The notes beneath the pieces were generated by a model, which saw nothing but the letters and a program-made list of their open reading frames with translations, did no database searches and was not told the origin of the DNA. A DNA stretch of 28,874 bases from a virus (lineage: Duplodnaviria; Caudoviricetes), in IMG/VR virus record IMGVR_UViG_3300017909_000609, positions 1-28,874 of that record, one strand, 5' to 3'. Shown piece after piece: positions 1 to 8,807 of this stretch; within the stretch, counting starts at the first letter, position 1; each line of letters begins with the position of its first letter. The translations under genes were made by a program, and so were the position numbers.

Positions 1-1259
1 TCTTTAATGTGCTTGAATGCTCTGTTATTGAAACTGGCAGCGTACATACCTTCAAAAGGTATACCATTGCGTTGTAGGTAGCTGTGAAAGCCCATCGCTC
101 CAAGGCCAATTGCGCGTTCTCTATATGCACTATAAGCGGCTTTTGTAAAGCCTTTTTTATCTGGGTGAACATACTTGCTAAACTCCTCAAAGGTGTCATC
201 AAAGTGCCACGCATGTTCTCCATGTGTAGCGTTGTCAATGAAGTGTTCTATCACGTTGTCAAGCATTGTGATTAGATCACTGATGAATAACTCATTGTCC
301 TTCCATTCGTCAAAGTACTCTAGGTTCACACTAGACAAGCAACAGACTGCTGTACGCTCCTCGCTAGTCGCTAAGGTAATCTCAGAGCATAGGTTACTCT
401 GGCGTACCTCTAGTCCCATGTCCTTCTGTGTCTCCGGTAGAGCCTCGTTACAGCGGTCTAGGTTAACAATGTAGGGTTCCCCTGTCTCTGCCCTAGTGTG
501 TATTAGCTGCCACCACAAGCCCCTTGCCGATACAGTCTTGATGGCCTGCTTAGACTTAGGATCAATCAGTCTCCACTGGTCATCGTTCCTGACTGCTTCA
601 AGGAACTCATCTGTTATTGTAATTCCGTTGTGTAAATTAAGACACTTACGGTTAAGATCACCGCCAGTAGTCTTTCGCATTGCAATAAATTCTTCAACTT
701 CTGGGTGAGTAATATCCATGTACGCTGCATAAGATCCTCTTCGTGTGATACCTTGATTAAACGCCAGCATCTGACTATCAACTACGTGCATGAAAGGAAT
801 GCTACCAGTAGACTGACTACCGTTAGAAGTTGAAACACCATTACTTCTAACAGCACCCCAATATCCACCCAAGCCTCCACCTCCACTTGCCAGCCATATG
901 TTCTCATCATAGTGGTCAGATAAACCACGCCTTGAGTCAGGAACATAGTTGAGAAAACAGCTAATAGGTAAACCACGAGTGGTTCCCCCGTTACTAAGTA
1001 TAGGAGTGCTAAAACCGAACCAGCCCTTGCTTGCGTAGTCGTAAAGTCGCTGTGCAAGATTGTAGTCAGTATGTCCTTGATACGTTGCACTATAGACCGA
1101 TGCTCTTGCGAAGGCTTCTTGTGCATGGGTTTCATCCTCCCAGAAATATCTATCTTTTAAAGTTTCTAAAGAAAAAGTATTTAATAGGTCATCACGATCA
1201 TAGTCAATCTGAATCCCCAGATAATCCTGCTTGCCAATTTTGGATGTCGTACTCGTCAT
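1..1259 (-). CDS. nrdA: Ribonucleotide reductase class I alpha subunit, no ATP-cone; 3' end outside the window
   Basis: Not in the ORF track. Manual translation from ATG 1259 (SD AAGGGAG): MTSTTSKIGKQDYLGIQIDY...FSTPILSNGGTTRGLPISCFL...NQGITRRGSYAAYMDITHPEVEEF...ETGEPY...RQSNLCSEI...TAVCCLSSVNL...RERAIGLGAMGFH. It has the catalytic NxCxE motif and the redox cysteines. Confidence 0.95.
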   Translation of the reverse strand, partial: MTSTTSKIGKQDYLGIQIDYDRDDLLNTFSLETLKDRYFWEDETHAQEAFARASVYSATYQGHTDYNLAQRLYDYASKGWFGFSTPILSNGGTTRGLPISCFLNYVPDSRRGLSDHYDENIWLASGGGGLGGYWGAVRSNGVSTSNGSQSTGSIPFMHVVDSQMLAFNQGITRRGSYAAYMDITHPEVEEFIAMRKTTGGDLNRKCLNLHNGITITDEFLEAVRNDDQWRLIDPKSKQAIKTVSARGLWWQLIHTRAETGEPYIVNLDRCNEALPETQKDMGLEVRQSNLCSEITLATSEERTAVCCLSSVNLEYFDEWKDNELFISDLITMLDNVIEHFIDNATHGEHAWHFDDTFEEFSKYVHPDKKGFTKAAYSAYRERAIGLGAMGFHSYLQRNGIPFEGMYAASFNNRAFKHIK

Positions 1260-1371
1260 CTTTCTCCCTTAACTGTTCTTTCCTGTACCCTCTGGTACGA
1301 GCTTTGTTTTTAGATTGTTTCTTTTTCTGAAACCTTTCAATACGTTCTGCTTTCCTATCGTAGATGCTCAC
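1204..1371 (-). CDS. Small basic hypothetical protein (55 aa)
   Basis: GTG at 1371 with GGAG upstream; MSIYDRKAERIERFQKKKQSKNKARTRGYRKEQLREKDDEYDIQNWQAGLSGDSD*. It fills the gap between DUF3310 and nrdA and is below the ORF-track cut-off. Confidence 0.6.
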   Translation of the reverse strand: MSIYDRKAERIERFQKKKQSKNKARTRGYRKEQLREKDDEYDIQNWQAGLSGDSD

Positions 1372-1765
1372 TAGGATGCTCCAGCATATAAGTTATAAGA
1401 CGCTCTTCGTACCAACGCGCCTTACGTAAATCTTCTATTGGCTTGCCCTTGTAGCGGCATCGCCAGTTATATTTGAGTGCATTACCACGGAGATAACCAA
1501 TGTACTCATCGTGTGTAAGCATACCACGGATAGCGTCAATACACTCCATGTTACCATTGTTGTAGTGTGCTGGACGGTTCACCATGTCCGGCTTGTTGTC
1601 CGGTTTATCTACCATTTCACGGGCATTTTCGGGTATATTGTGAGATTTATTGTCCGGTTTATCTCCAAAAAAAGGATGGTCATTACTAACTTCATCCATC
1701 CACTCCCAGTCTTTCTTCCTGTTTAATTTGTCCCATTCTTCTGGGGTTGCGTCATCAATGCTCAT
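1355..1765 (-). CDS. DUF3310 protein (T7 gp1.7 nucleotide-kinase-like)
   Basis: DMVNRPAHYNNGNMECIDAI...GYLRGNALKYNWRCRYKGKPIEDLRKARWY signature. Confidence 0.85.
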   Translation of the reverse strand: MSIDDATPEEWDKLNRKKDWEWMDEVSNDHPFFGDKPDNKSHNIPENAREMVDKPDNKPDMVNRPAHYNNGNMECIDAIRGMLTHDEYIGYLRGNALKYNWRCRYKGKPIEDLRKARWYEERLITYMLEHPSEHLR

Positions 1766-2316
1766 TGCATCTCCAAATCAAGTTTGTCATTACGTTTTTT
1801 GTATTCCTCTGTATCCTTAGCTGCTACGTCGATCCAGCTGTCAGGTATAGTATCCTCACTGAACCACCTGAACCCATTAGCTGTTGCCCATTCTGCATGA
1901 GATCTCTTCGTACCATCTTTTCGTCTCTTGGCTCCCGGCATTGGAGCAGAAGGGTTGGCGAACAAGAATACTAGCTCAGTGTTTTTGGGTAAATGTTTTT
2001 TCACCCAGACATACTTGTTGTACTCTTGAAAATCCCAGAATCTACCCTTGGACTCAAGAAGAATCTTTTTCTTTCCTATCGTTCTAACAAAATCAGGCTC
2101 GTACTTATGCTCAATAACATAGGATACATAGTCTGTATGATGTTCCCAGTCTTTAAGTATAGACTCGTGTAACACGGCCTCCCAAATAGAATCATACTTG
2201 CTACCATCAGGCTTCAAATACTTCTTAGGTCTAGGTACTCTAGGCTTGCGCCAGCCACTAGAAGCTTTCTTTCTGGTACTAATAAGGCACCCCACGATTC
2301 TTGGTGTAAGACTCAA
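1762..2316 (-). CDS. T7 gp3-like endonuclease I (Holliday junction resolvase); start uncertain (TTG 2316, GTG 2295 or ATT 2283)
   Basis: YDSIWE...HKYEPDF...LLESKGRF...ELVFLF...HAEWATANGFRWF; PD-(D/E)xK motif as in T7 endonuclease I. Confidence 0.85.
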   Translation of the reverse strand: MSLTPRIVGCLISTRKKASSGWRKPRVPRPKKYLKPDGSKYDSIWEAVLHESILKDWEHHTDYVSYVIEHKYEPDFVRTIGKKKILLESKGRFWDFQEYNKYVWVKKHLPKNTELVFLFANPSAPMPGAKRRKDGTKRSHAEWATANGFRWFSEDTIPDSWIDVAAKDTEEYKKRNDKLDLEMQ

Positions 2317-2572
2317 GATCAGCCATAGTAATACTTTCTACTTCCCTTCCTAGTTTAACAAGTTTCTTTATGCACTTGCGCACCCACTTAGGGCTATAAA
2401 AGCTCAGTCTTATCTGGCGATTAACAAAGAAGTGCCTTGATTCTGGGAGATACTGGTATAGATTCTTTTCATCTATTTTATCATGATCACTCTCAGGCAC
2501 AATAGTTCTGAACCATTCAAGAAGCAGTAAGTCTGTCTGCCTACTTATTCTTTTACATATCTTTGGATTCAC
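2279..2572 (-). CDS. Hypothetical protein (97 aa)
   Basis: ORF coupled to both neighbours by start/stop overlap. Confidence 0.7.
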   Translation of the reverse strand: MNPKICKRISRQTDLLLLEWFRTIVPESDHDKIDEKNLYQYLPESRHFFVNRQIRLSFYSPKWVRKCIKKLVKLGREVESITMADLESYTKNRGVPY

Positions 2573-3426
2573 TATAAGAATAACTCCTGTACGTTAGGGG
2601 TAGATGTGACTCTTGTGAAATACTTAATACCGTTGGAGTACTTGAAGGCTCTGAGTCCTCTACCGTTATTAGAGTCTGACCAGCACTGGTTCTTAAAACC
2701 ACAATAAGAACAGCTAGATCCAAGGCGCATGTTACCTTTCTTTCCTTCAGGGACAGGTTCGTAGCATCGTTCAGGAGGGGTGTCGGATTGTAGATTATTT
2801 TTGAGTACATCTATTCTAGGGCGTATATTAGGTTTTGTCAAGTCTCCCGGCTGAAATAATGCAAGTTCTCCTGTCTCTTTGTTGATGGCGAGAAAGCCTC
2901 CACCCTTGGTGCCTTCTGCTTCTTCGTATCCTGCAAGCTGATACATGTAGCCAAAAGGGTCATCAGTAATTAGACTTCCTTCCTTGAACTTTTTGAATCC
3001 GAAGTTGGATGCAGTCTTTATATCTACAACCTCTCCATCTATCTTGCAGTCCATGTGGCCTATTACGTCATCCACTTCAACCTTCTTTTGTTCGTCTGAT
3101 ACCTCGTGCCCTGAGAGTTTTACCAGAAGAAGTAAGACTTCTTCAAGAAGATGACCATATAAAAATTTAATTTGAGTTGATGCTTTAGGTGGGGAAGGAG
3201 GACTTTCACTGTTCTGTTCGTACCATAGCTGACGAGCAGGTCTACCTATGTTGCTCATGCGTAAGCCTTTACTCTGCTTGTGAGGCTGTGCCCAGTGTAG
3301 AATGACACCCTTCATTCGCTCACCAAACTCGTCTACCATTTCAGAAGGTATGTCTAGCTCTTCTCCAGAAGACAAACAATCTAATATATCATAGATGTCC
3401 TCAACAACTGTGCTTACTTCTTTCAT
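2572..3426 (-). CDS. Cas4/RecB-like PD-(D/E)xK exonuclease
   Basis: LRMSNIGRPARQLWY, FLYGHLLEE, GHMDCKIDGEVVDIKTAS, YQLAGY, C-terminal CSYCGFKNQCW. Start moved to ATG 3426, which overlaps the upstream stop (ATGA). Confidence 0.85.
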   Translation of the reverse strand: MKEVSTVVEDIYDILDCLSSGEELDIPSEMVDEFGERMKGVILHWAQPHKQSKGLRMSNIGRPARQLWYEQNSESPPSPPKASTQIKFLYGHLLEEVLLLLVKLSGHEVSDEQKKVEVDDVIGHMDCKIDGEVVDIKTASNFGFKKFKEGSLITDDPFGYMYQLAGYEEAEGTKGGGFLAINKETGELALFQPGDLTKPNIRPRIDVLKNNLQSDTPPERCYEPVPEGKKGNMRLGSSCSYCGFKNQCWSDSNNGRGLRAFKYSNGIKYFTRVTSTPNVQELFL

Positions 3427-3947
3427 TGAAACTCTCTCATTGGTAGTTCTAATATAGATGTGGCTACAGGATGCTGTATGTAGAACCACTCGCCCTTACG
3501 ACCATGCCGCTTAGATAGAAGCTCATGCGCAAACCTCTCGGCCTCACGCCTATCAAGTACATCATATACTTTAATTAACTTATAATCTCTATACGGGGAG
3601 CTAGTCTGATACTGCTTGAGCCTGTCCTCTGCGTCCACAGCCATCCCCACTTTACACCATCCGGGGTAGGCAGGACTTACCATTACATAAACCTGTCCTT
3701 CTTTGGACTGCTCGTAGTTTTTTAAGGAGCTAAAGGCTGCGTCAGTGAAGCCTTTGTATCTTCCGGGTTTGTGTAGAGGATGTGTTTTAGGAATATACTT
3801 TCCATTAACAAACATTCTAGTTTTGTTTTTCTTTATGTGAGACTCTAAGGATCTTTTGGCCCCATCGTTACACCCAATGTACCACCACCGCCCATCCTCA
3901 AAATATATGTTCTTATTAGTGGGTTTCTGACCAGTTGCTTCCGACAT
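3423..3947 (-). CDS. GIY-YIG / T5orf172-family nuclease domain protein
   Basis: GQVYVM...GWCKVGMAVDAEDRLKQYQTSSP...AERFAH...KGEWF. Confidence 0.8.
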   Translation of the reverse strand: MSEATGQKPTNKNIYFEDGRWWYIGCNDGAKRSLESHIKKNKTRMFVNGKYIPKTHPLHKPGRYKGFTDAAFSSLKNYEQSKEGQVYVMVSPAYPGWCKVGMAVDAEDRLKQYQTSSPYRDYKLIKVYDVLDRREAERFAHELLSKRHGRKGEWFYIQHPVATSILELPMREFQ

Positions 3948-5712
3948 TATATTCTCCGTCTAGTGGACAGTTGAGCGAAAAGTGTCTACCTGCTTCTCGT
4001 ATTGCTTCAACACCTAAGTTACCTATAGAATCGGCTATGGTTTCTTCTGATTCAATCTGCCATTCATCATGGACATTAGCAACAAAGTGAGCATCAAGGT
4101 TTTGTTCTTTAATCTTTCTATCTAGAAGTATCAGCGCCTTCTTCATGACGATAGCTCCTGCACTCTGCAAGAGAGTATTGAGAGCAGCATGCTGACTTCT
4201 TACGAACAGCTTGCGACCATCTATACCTTTCACGTACCCGTCTTCTGCCGCTCTTGCAACTCTATTCTTAAGAGATTTAAATGATGGTAGATTATCGAAG
4301 AAAGATTGTCTAAGTCTTGAACCAAGCTGCTTGCCTCCTCCAGCCACGCTTCCAAGCTTTTCATCTCCTGCTCCGTATAAGAGGGCATAGATGAAAGTTT
4401 TTGCCTGAGATCTTGATTCAAGCCCCGCAAGTCTTTGGTTAGCTGTGTGGATGTCTCCGTTAACGATTTCATTTGTATAGTCCTCATCGTTCATATAGTG
4501 GGCAAGCATTCTTAGCTCAAGACCACTAGCATCTATACCTACAAGTTTATATCCTTCTGGCACAATCCACAAGGCCCTGCATTTGCCTCCGAATGGAGAG
4601 TTGGAAGAAGGAACCTGAGCCATGTTAGGCTCCCTGTGTGTCATGCGACCAGTAATAGCGCCGTTGGGTATAACGAAACCGTGTACCCTACCATCATCTT
4701 GCATTGCCTCTCCCCAAGAAACTATCTGAGATACTCTCTTTTGGTACATAAGGTATGCATTGATAAGGTCTGCTTCAGGTATACCTTTCACTTGAGCAAG
4801 TGTCTTTTCATTTACTATCGGTCTTCCATGTGCAGTGAACTCAGTGGGCTTCCAACCAAAGTCCTGAAGGTACTCACCAACCTGCTGTCTAGAAGATAGG
4901 TTGAAATCTTTTGCTCTGCTTCTAACTATAGGATCACAAACATCAATACTACCATCAACTTTATCAAGTTTTAGGGTTAATAGATCATGCTCTGCTTTAG
5001 TAAGCCTAACACCTTTTCCACTCCCTAGTGAACAGGAATCCGCAGTTTTACTAAGCTTGCCTTGTCCTGTAATTCTGGGAAAGAGTTTTGTTTTTGTGAC
5101 TTTAGGCTTGAAAACATGCTTGACTTTCGCCTCTGTCTTAGCAACCACCTCGCGCAACTCAGCAAGAAGTAGCTCTGCTCCCATGAAATCAAATAAAAAA
5201 CCATGACGTTCCTGCTCCTTTAGGATGTCTGCAACCTCGTGTTCTATCTCTAGGGACTCTTTACTGAATCCACGAGATTCCTCTCGCAAGGCGTAGTACA
5301 CTTTTAAGTTTAGGTTAACATCTTGAATACAGTACTCTAGCATTTTAGTTGAGAATCCTTCACCGAAAGAATCAAACTCAATCTTACCCGATTCAAGCTT
5401 GTATCCCCAAGCTTTCAAACCATGCCCTGCTTCTCTCACTGGATCAAACAACCTTGAGAGTACAAGAGTGTCTACAATCTTTTGACCAGCACCTAGAGTC
5501 CTAAACCTAGTCAGGTCTCGCAACACAGGAAGATCGAACCCTATTATGTTATGACCGATTAGCTCATCTGCGCTACAAAGAAGCTCACATCCCTCTTCAA
5601 TCTGATCAGGGCCAAATGTGTACACTTGTTCTGTGTCAACATCCTTAGCAACGATGCACCAGATTCGTGTAGCGTTTAAGTCATCTGTCTCTATGTCAAA
5701 AACTAATTTCAT
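3916..5712 (-). CDS. polA: T7-like family A DNA polymerase with 3'-5' exonuclease domain
   Basis: Exo I FDIETD, Exo II GHNIIGFD, Exo III YCIQDV, motif A GIDASGLELR, motif B RSQAKTFIYALLYGAG, motif C VHDE. Confidence 0.97.
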   Translation of the reverse strand: MKLVFDIETDDLNATRIWCIVAKDVDTEQVYTFGPDQIEEGCELLCSADELIGHNIIGFDLPVLRDLTRFRTLGAGQKIVDTLVLSRLFDPVREAGHGLKAWGYKLESGKIEFDSFGEGFSTKMLEYCIQDVNLNLKVYYALREESRGFSKESLEIEHEVADILKEQERHGFLFDFMGAELLLAELREVVAKTEAKVKHVFKPKVTKTKLFPRITGQGKLSKTADSCSLGSGKGVRLTKAEHDLLTLKLDKVDGSIDVCDPIVRSRAKDFNLSSRQQVGEYLQDFGWKPTEFTAHGRPIVNEKTLAQVKGIPEADLINAYLMYQKRVSQIVSWGEAMQDDGRVHGFVIPNGAITGRMTHREPNMAQVPSSNSPFGGKCRALWIVPEGYKLVGIDASGLELRMLAHYMNDEDYTNEIVNGDIHTANQRLAGLESRSQAKTFIYALLYGAGDEKLGSVAGGGKQLGSRLRQSFFDNLPSFKSLKNRVARAAEDGYVKGIDGRKLFVRSQHAALNTLLQSAGAIVMKKALILLDRKIKEQNLDAHFVANVHDEWQIESEETIADSIGNLGVEAIREAGRHFSLNCPLDGEYNVGSNWSETH

Positions 5713-7415
5713 TCACCAAACTCCAGTGCTATTTCTTTGTCCTCAGATGAAGAGTTGGTAAGTCCATCTGTTGCGACCTCGCTCAGTCTGCCTGTTTCGT
5801 TATCGAACAAAAGTTGAGTAGCTAACCCCACGTCACCAGTGTACCTACTCTTCAGGATACGTACCCTAGTGGTTGAGGCTTCTAGTGGATCATCAGATTG
5901 CTGGTTACGCTCCAGAGAGATCACACAATCAGATAGCTGTGCAATTGACTGACTTCCTCTGAGGTGGCTCAAGCCTGTCTCAATGCCGTTCTCGTGCCCC
6001 TTGTTACCGTCTACCCTGCGCAAGTGAGACACGAGTATCAAACCAACACCCGTCTCCTCTACAAGAGTTCTTAGTCGGTGCATGATTGCGTCAATAGATC
6101 GCCGCTCATCACCTTCAATGGTGGTGGATACAAGCATGTGCAAGTGGTCAATCACTACCCACTTACAGTTACATCCGATGATCATGAACCTAAGCTTACT
6201 GAATATAGATTCAATATCGTTAGCTCCGAAGTGAGCGTGTATCCACACACGATTGTTGTTGTTACCGTCATACATCACATCAAAGAATTTATCTAACTCT
6301 TCTTCAGTATACTGCTCGCGTATGCGATCAATGTGTAGCTTTGCATTTGCTTCTATAGATAGTATACCATCAACTGTCCTGTTGAACGATTCCTCTAGCG
6401 CAATTATTCCTACGTTATCGTTAGTTGTTTTGATTAGGTGATGCTCTATCTCGCGTGTGACACTGGACTTCCCAAGACCTGTACCACCAGTAAGAGTTAT
6501 TAGTTCACCATGCCGCATTCCCTCTAGCTTCTCATTCAAACCTTCCCAAGGGTAGGGAAAGGACTGCTTCTTCTCTCTGTTTTTGTACTTGTCCCTGTTC
6601 TCTGAAACACTAAGGACTCCAGAGGGTGTGTAGGTTTTAGATGCCCACCAAGCCTGAACATAATTAGTATGATCATGCTTTCTCAGCATGTCATTGGCAT
6701 CCTTGAAACCTTCAGGCATACGCATTATCTTTGCTTTGCTTGGACGAAGAAGTCGAGCCACTCTTTTAGCTGCTTCTATCCCTGCCTTGTCTTCATCGAA
6801 ATTTATGATGACCGTATCGAAACTCTCTAGGTATTCTAGTGAAGCTTTTACATCACGCTCTGCTCCGTTTGCTCCAGACCTGATGCTAACCACAGGCCAC
6901 TTAGAGCCTAGTAGTTCATAAGCAGCCATAGCGTCACACTCTCCCTCAACCAAGGTTATGTACTTACCACCCTCTTGGAAGATGTGCTGACCAAACAAAC
7001 CTGCATCACGAATAGATCCTCTTGAATAGAAGTTCTCTTTTCCAGTAGAACCAAGAATCCTTTCTTTAAAAGCAACGAGTTCTTTTTCTTTGTAGTAGGG
7101 ATAGAGGTGTTTCTTAATTGAACCATCGCTACTCATAATACATCGAACCCCGTATCGCTTTGCTGTTTCCTCTGATATACCTCTGTCATTTAGAGCAACG
7201 TATTCACCCTCTTCTGAGAAAGTCAAAGGCTCTGTATTAATTACGTTAATGTTGGATTCTCCCATCGGTTGTTCGCCCGTTAAGTTAGTGTACCTTCTTT
7301 GACTGAACCTGTCATTACATGAAAAACAAAATGCACTCCCATCCTCATTAATAGATAGGGCATCACTTGACCCGCACTCTGGGCAGGGTTGGTGTAGTTT
7401 TACAAAAGCCATCAC
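5709..7415 (-). CDS. T7 gp4-like DNA primase-helicase
   Basis: Zn ribbon CPECG...CFSC, TOPRIM EGECDAM and FDED, Walker A GGTGLGKSS, IDHLH, LRGSQSIAQLSD, KSRYTG. Confidence 0.96.
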   Translation of the reverse strand: MMAFVKLHQPCPECGSSDALSINEDGSAFCFSCNDRFSQRRYTNLTGEQPMGESNINVINTEPLTFSEEGEYVALNDRGISEETAKRYGVRCIMSSDGSIKKHLYPYYKEKELVAFKERILGSTGKENFYSRGSIRDAGLFGQHIFQEGGKYITLVEGECDAMAAYELLGSKWPVVSIRSGANGAERDVKASLEYLESFDTVIINFDEDKAGIEAAKRVARLLRPSKAKIMRMPEGFKDANDMLRKHDHTNYVQAWWASKTYTPSGVLSVSENRDKYKNREKKQSFPYPWEGLNEKLEGMRHGELITLTGGTGLGKSSVTREIEHHLIKTTNDNVGIIALEESFNRTVDGILSIEANAKLHIDRIREQYTEEELDKFFDVMYDGNNNNRVWIHAHFGANDIESIFSKLRFMIIGCNCKWVVIDHLHMLVSTTIEGDERRSIDAIMHRLRTLVEETGVGLILVSHLRRVDGNKGHENGIETGLSHLRGSQSIAQLSDCVISLERNQQSDDPLEASTTRVRILKSRYTGDVGLATQLLFDNETGRLSEVATDGLTNSSSEDKEIALEFGE

Positions 7416-7423
7416 GCCTCCAT

Positions 7424-7449
7424 AAAAGAAGGGGCCGAAGCCCCTCTTG
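7424..7449 (-). terminator. Intrinsic terminator-like hairpin just upstream of the primase-helicase RBS
   Basis: Minus strand AGGGGC-UUCG-GCCCCU followed by UCUUUU, then GGAGG. Confidence 0.7.
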
Positions 7450-7450
7450 T

Positions 7451-7699
7451 TTAGTCAAGACCAGAGAGTTCTAGCTCCACTTGAGCGTCAGGTTCGTCAG
7501 CCATGCTGTCAAACTCTCCTTCCAGTTCCTCAGAGAACTTTACTTCAGCGCCTTGAAGTATAGCTAGTCGGGCCTGTAGACCACCAGCCTCTTCACGCAC
7601 CATCTGTACAAGACCTACAAGTTGCTGGGCACGATCAGATAAATCTTCTACCGCGTACTCAGTATCTTTGTAGGTTACTGTGTTCTTTGATTCGGTCAT
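7451..7699 (-). CDS. Small acidic coiled-coil hypothetical protein
   Basis: Strong SD (AGGAGGA); VTYKDTEYAVEDLSDRAQQLV followed by heptad repeats. Confidence 0.8.
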   Translation of the reverse strand: MTESKNTVTYKDTEYAVEDLSDRAQQLVGLVQMVREEAGGLQARLAILQGAEVKFSEELEGEFDSMADEPDAQVELELSGLD

Positions 7700-7710
7700 A
7701 CTTCCTCCTT

Positions 7711-8169
7711 CTAAAATGCCAATGATTCTAAACTTACAGGCCCAGCCGATGGCACATCTCCGCGCTCAATCAGATCTAGGATCTGCACTGCCTGAAGCTG
7801 TGGACGAACAATCTTCTTTGGCTTTCCGTACTCTTTACGTGCCCACTGTACTGCGACTGTTGAACCGTTACCGATTCCAACATCTGTTCGGTTCTTATCC
7901 TTATCTACTACGATAGGGGGAGGAACCTGAGAGCCGTCTGAGTTGTGTGCCCATGTTGCAAACTTAATAACAGGGTCTGGCGTGAAAGACTTTCCACCAG
8001 CGGGAATCAGAAATGCTTCTGAGAATCCTGCGTCAGTGAACATGTCAAAGACATCATCTGAAACAGCTAAGAAAAGCTCGTACCAAGATTTAGTCTTGTT
8101 GTAGTCAAGGTTAGGAACAACCAAGTGTGGGAAGTAAATCTGTCCTTCCACAATGTTGGGTGGGTTCAT
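7711..8169 (-). CDS. Single-stranded DNA-binding protein, T7 gp2.5-like
   Basis: PPIVVDKDKN...IGNGSTVAV...LQAVQILDLIE; terminal Phe; located upstream of the primase-helicase. Confidence 0.75.
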   Translation of the reverse strand: MNPPNIVEGQIYFPHLVVPNLDYNKTKSWYELFLAVSDDVFDMFTDAGFSEAFLIPAGGKSFTPDPVIKFATWAHNSDGSQVPPPIVVDKDKNRTDVGIGNGSTVAVQWARKEYGKPKKIVRPQLQAVQILDLIERGDVPSAGPVSLESLAF

Positions 8170-8178
8170 CTAAAACTC

Positions 8179-8406
8179 CTATGTTTTATTTAAGGTTCCT
8201 GAATTGTACTCCCTAATGAAAGGAATGTACACATCTTTTTCAATGTCAATGTCAATTGGTTCACTGAACTCGACGATCAAATTGTTACCGCTAAATTGTT
8301 TAGTACACGAAAGAATTGAACACTTATTCTCGTACAGGGTTGCCATATATCTTGAGGTGGTGAGTGCTGAGTACTCTTCCTCGGTCATGAATATCTTAGT
8401 CATTCC
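8179..8406 (-). CDS. Hypothetical protein; start probably MTKIFM near 8406 rather than 8433
   Basis: ORF in a tightly packed operon; GAGAGG just before ATG. Confidence 0.55.
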   Translation of the reverse strand, partial: GMTKIFMTEEEYSALTTSRYMATLYENKCSILSCTKQFSGNNLIVEFSEPIDIDIEKDVYIPFIREYNSGTLNKT

Positions 8407-8626
8407 TCTCTTCCAGTTCGTCCAAAAAGTCACTGAACAATCTACTCAAGTCTTCATCTGTGATACGCCAGCTTCCTGCCTCTGCGCATCTGTCTCTTAT
8501 AAAATCAAAGAACCTCATCTTCACTCTTTGCGAGGGCGTGACTGTGCTTATTCTTAATGCCCACAATTGCGCCCACCAATCATCAAGCATGGAGTAAAAC
8601 TCCGCTTCAGTATCAGTCGCACTCAT
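8396..8626 (-). CDS. Hypothetical protein (76 aa)
   Basis: SD GGAGG; overlaps both neighbours. Confidence 0.7.
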   Translation of the reverse strand: MSATDTEAEFYSMLDDWWAQLWALRISTVTPSQRVKMRFFDFIRDRCAEAGSWRITDEDLSRLFSDFLDELEERND

Positions 8627-8798
8627 ACGATTCCTCCAGATTCAAATAGTTCTCAATGTAGTTTATCACAAACTCCTCGCCATGCACAAGACATAACTGA
8701 AGTGCCTCCTCACGCACAAGATCAGTCACTGGAGCCTGTAGTGTATAGACTTGCGAATACTTGAGAATATGATTCGACACATCAATTACGTTCTTCAT
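8613..8798 (-). CDS. Hypothetical protein (61 aa)
   Basis: ORF in operon context with SD AAGGT. Confidence 0.65.
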   Translation of the reverse strand: MKNVIDVSNHILKYSQVYTLQAPVTDLVREEALQLCLVHGEEFVINYIENYLNLEESYECD

Positions 8799-8807
8799 GT
8801 TACTACC

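Noticed and set aside
782-1135. 117-aa hydrophobic-looking ORF
   Set aside because: Alternative frame inside nrdA, which has the conserved motifs in another frame.
3423-3947. Homing endonuclease within an intron of the polymerase
   Set aside because: PolA is complete and ends normally (NWSETH); no intron structure was seen, so the gene is free-standing.
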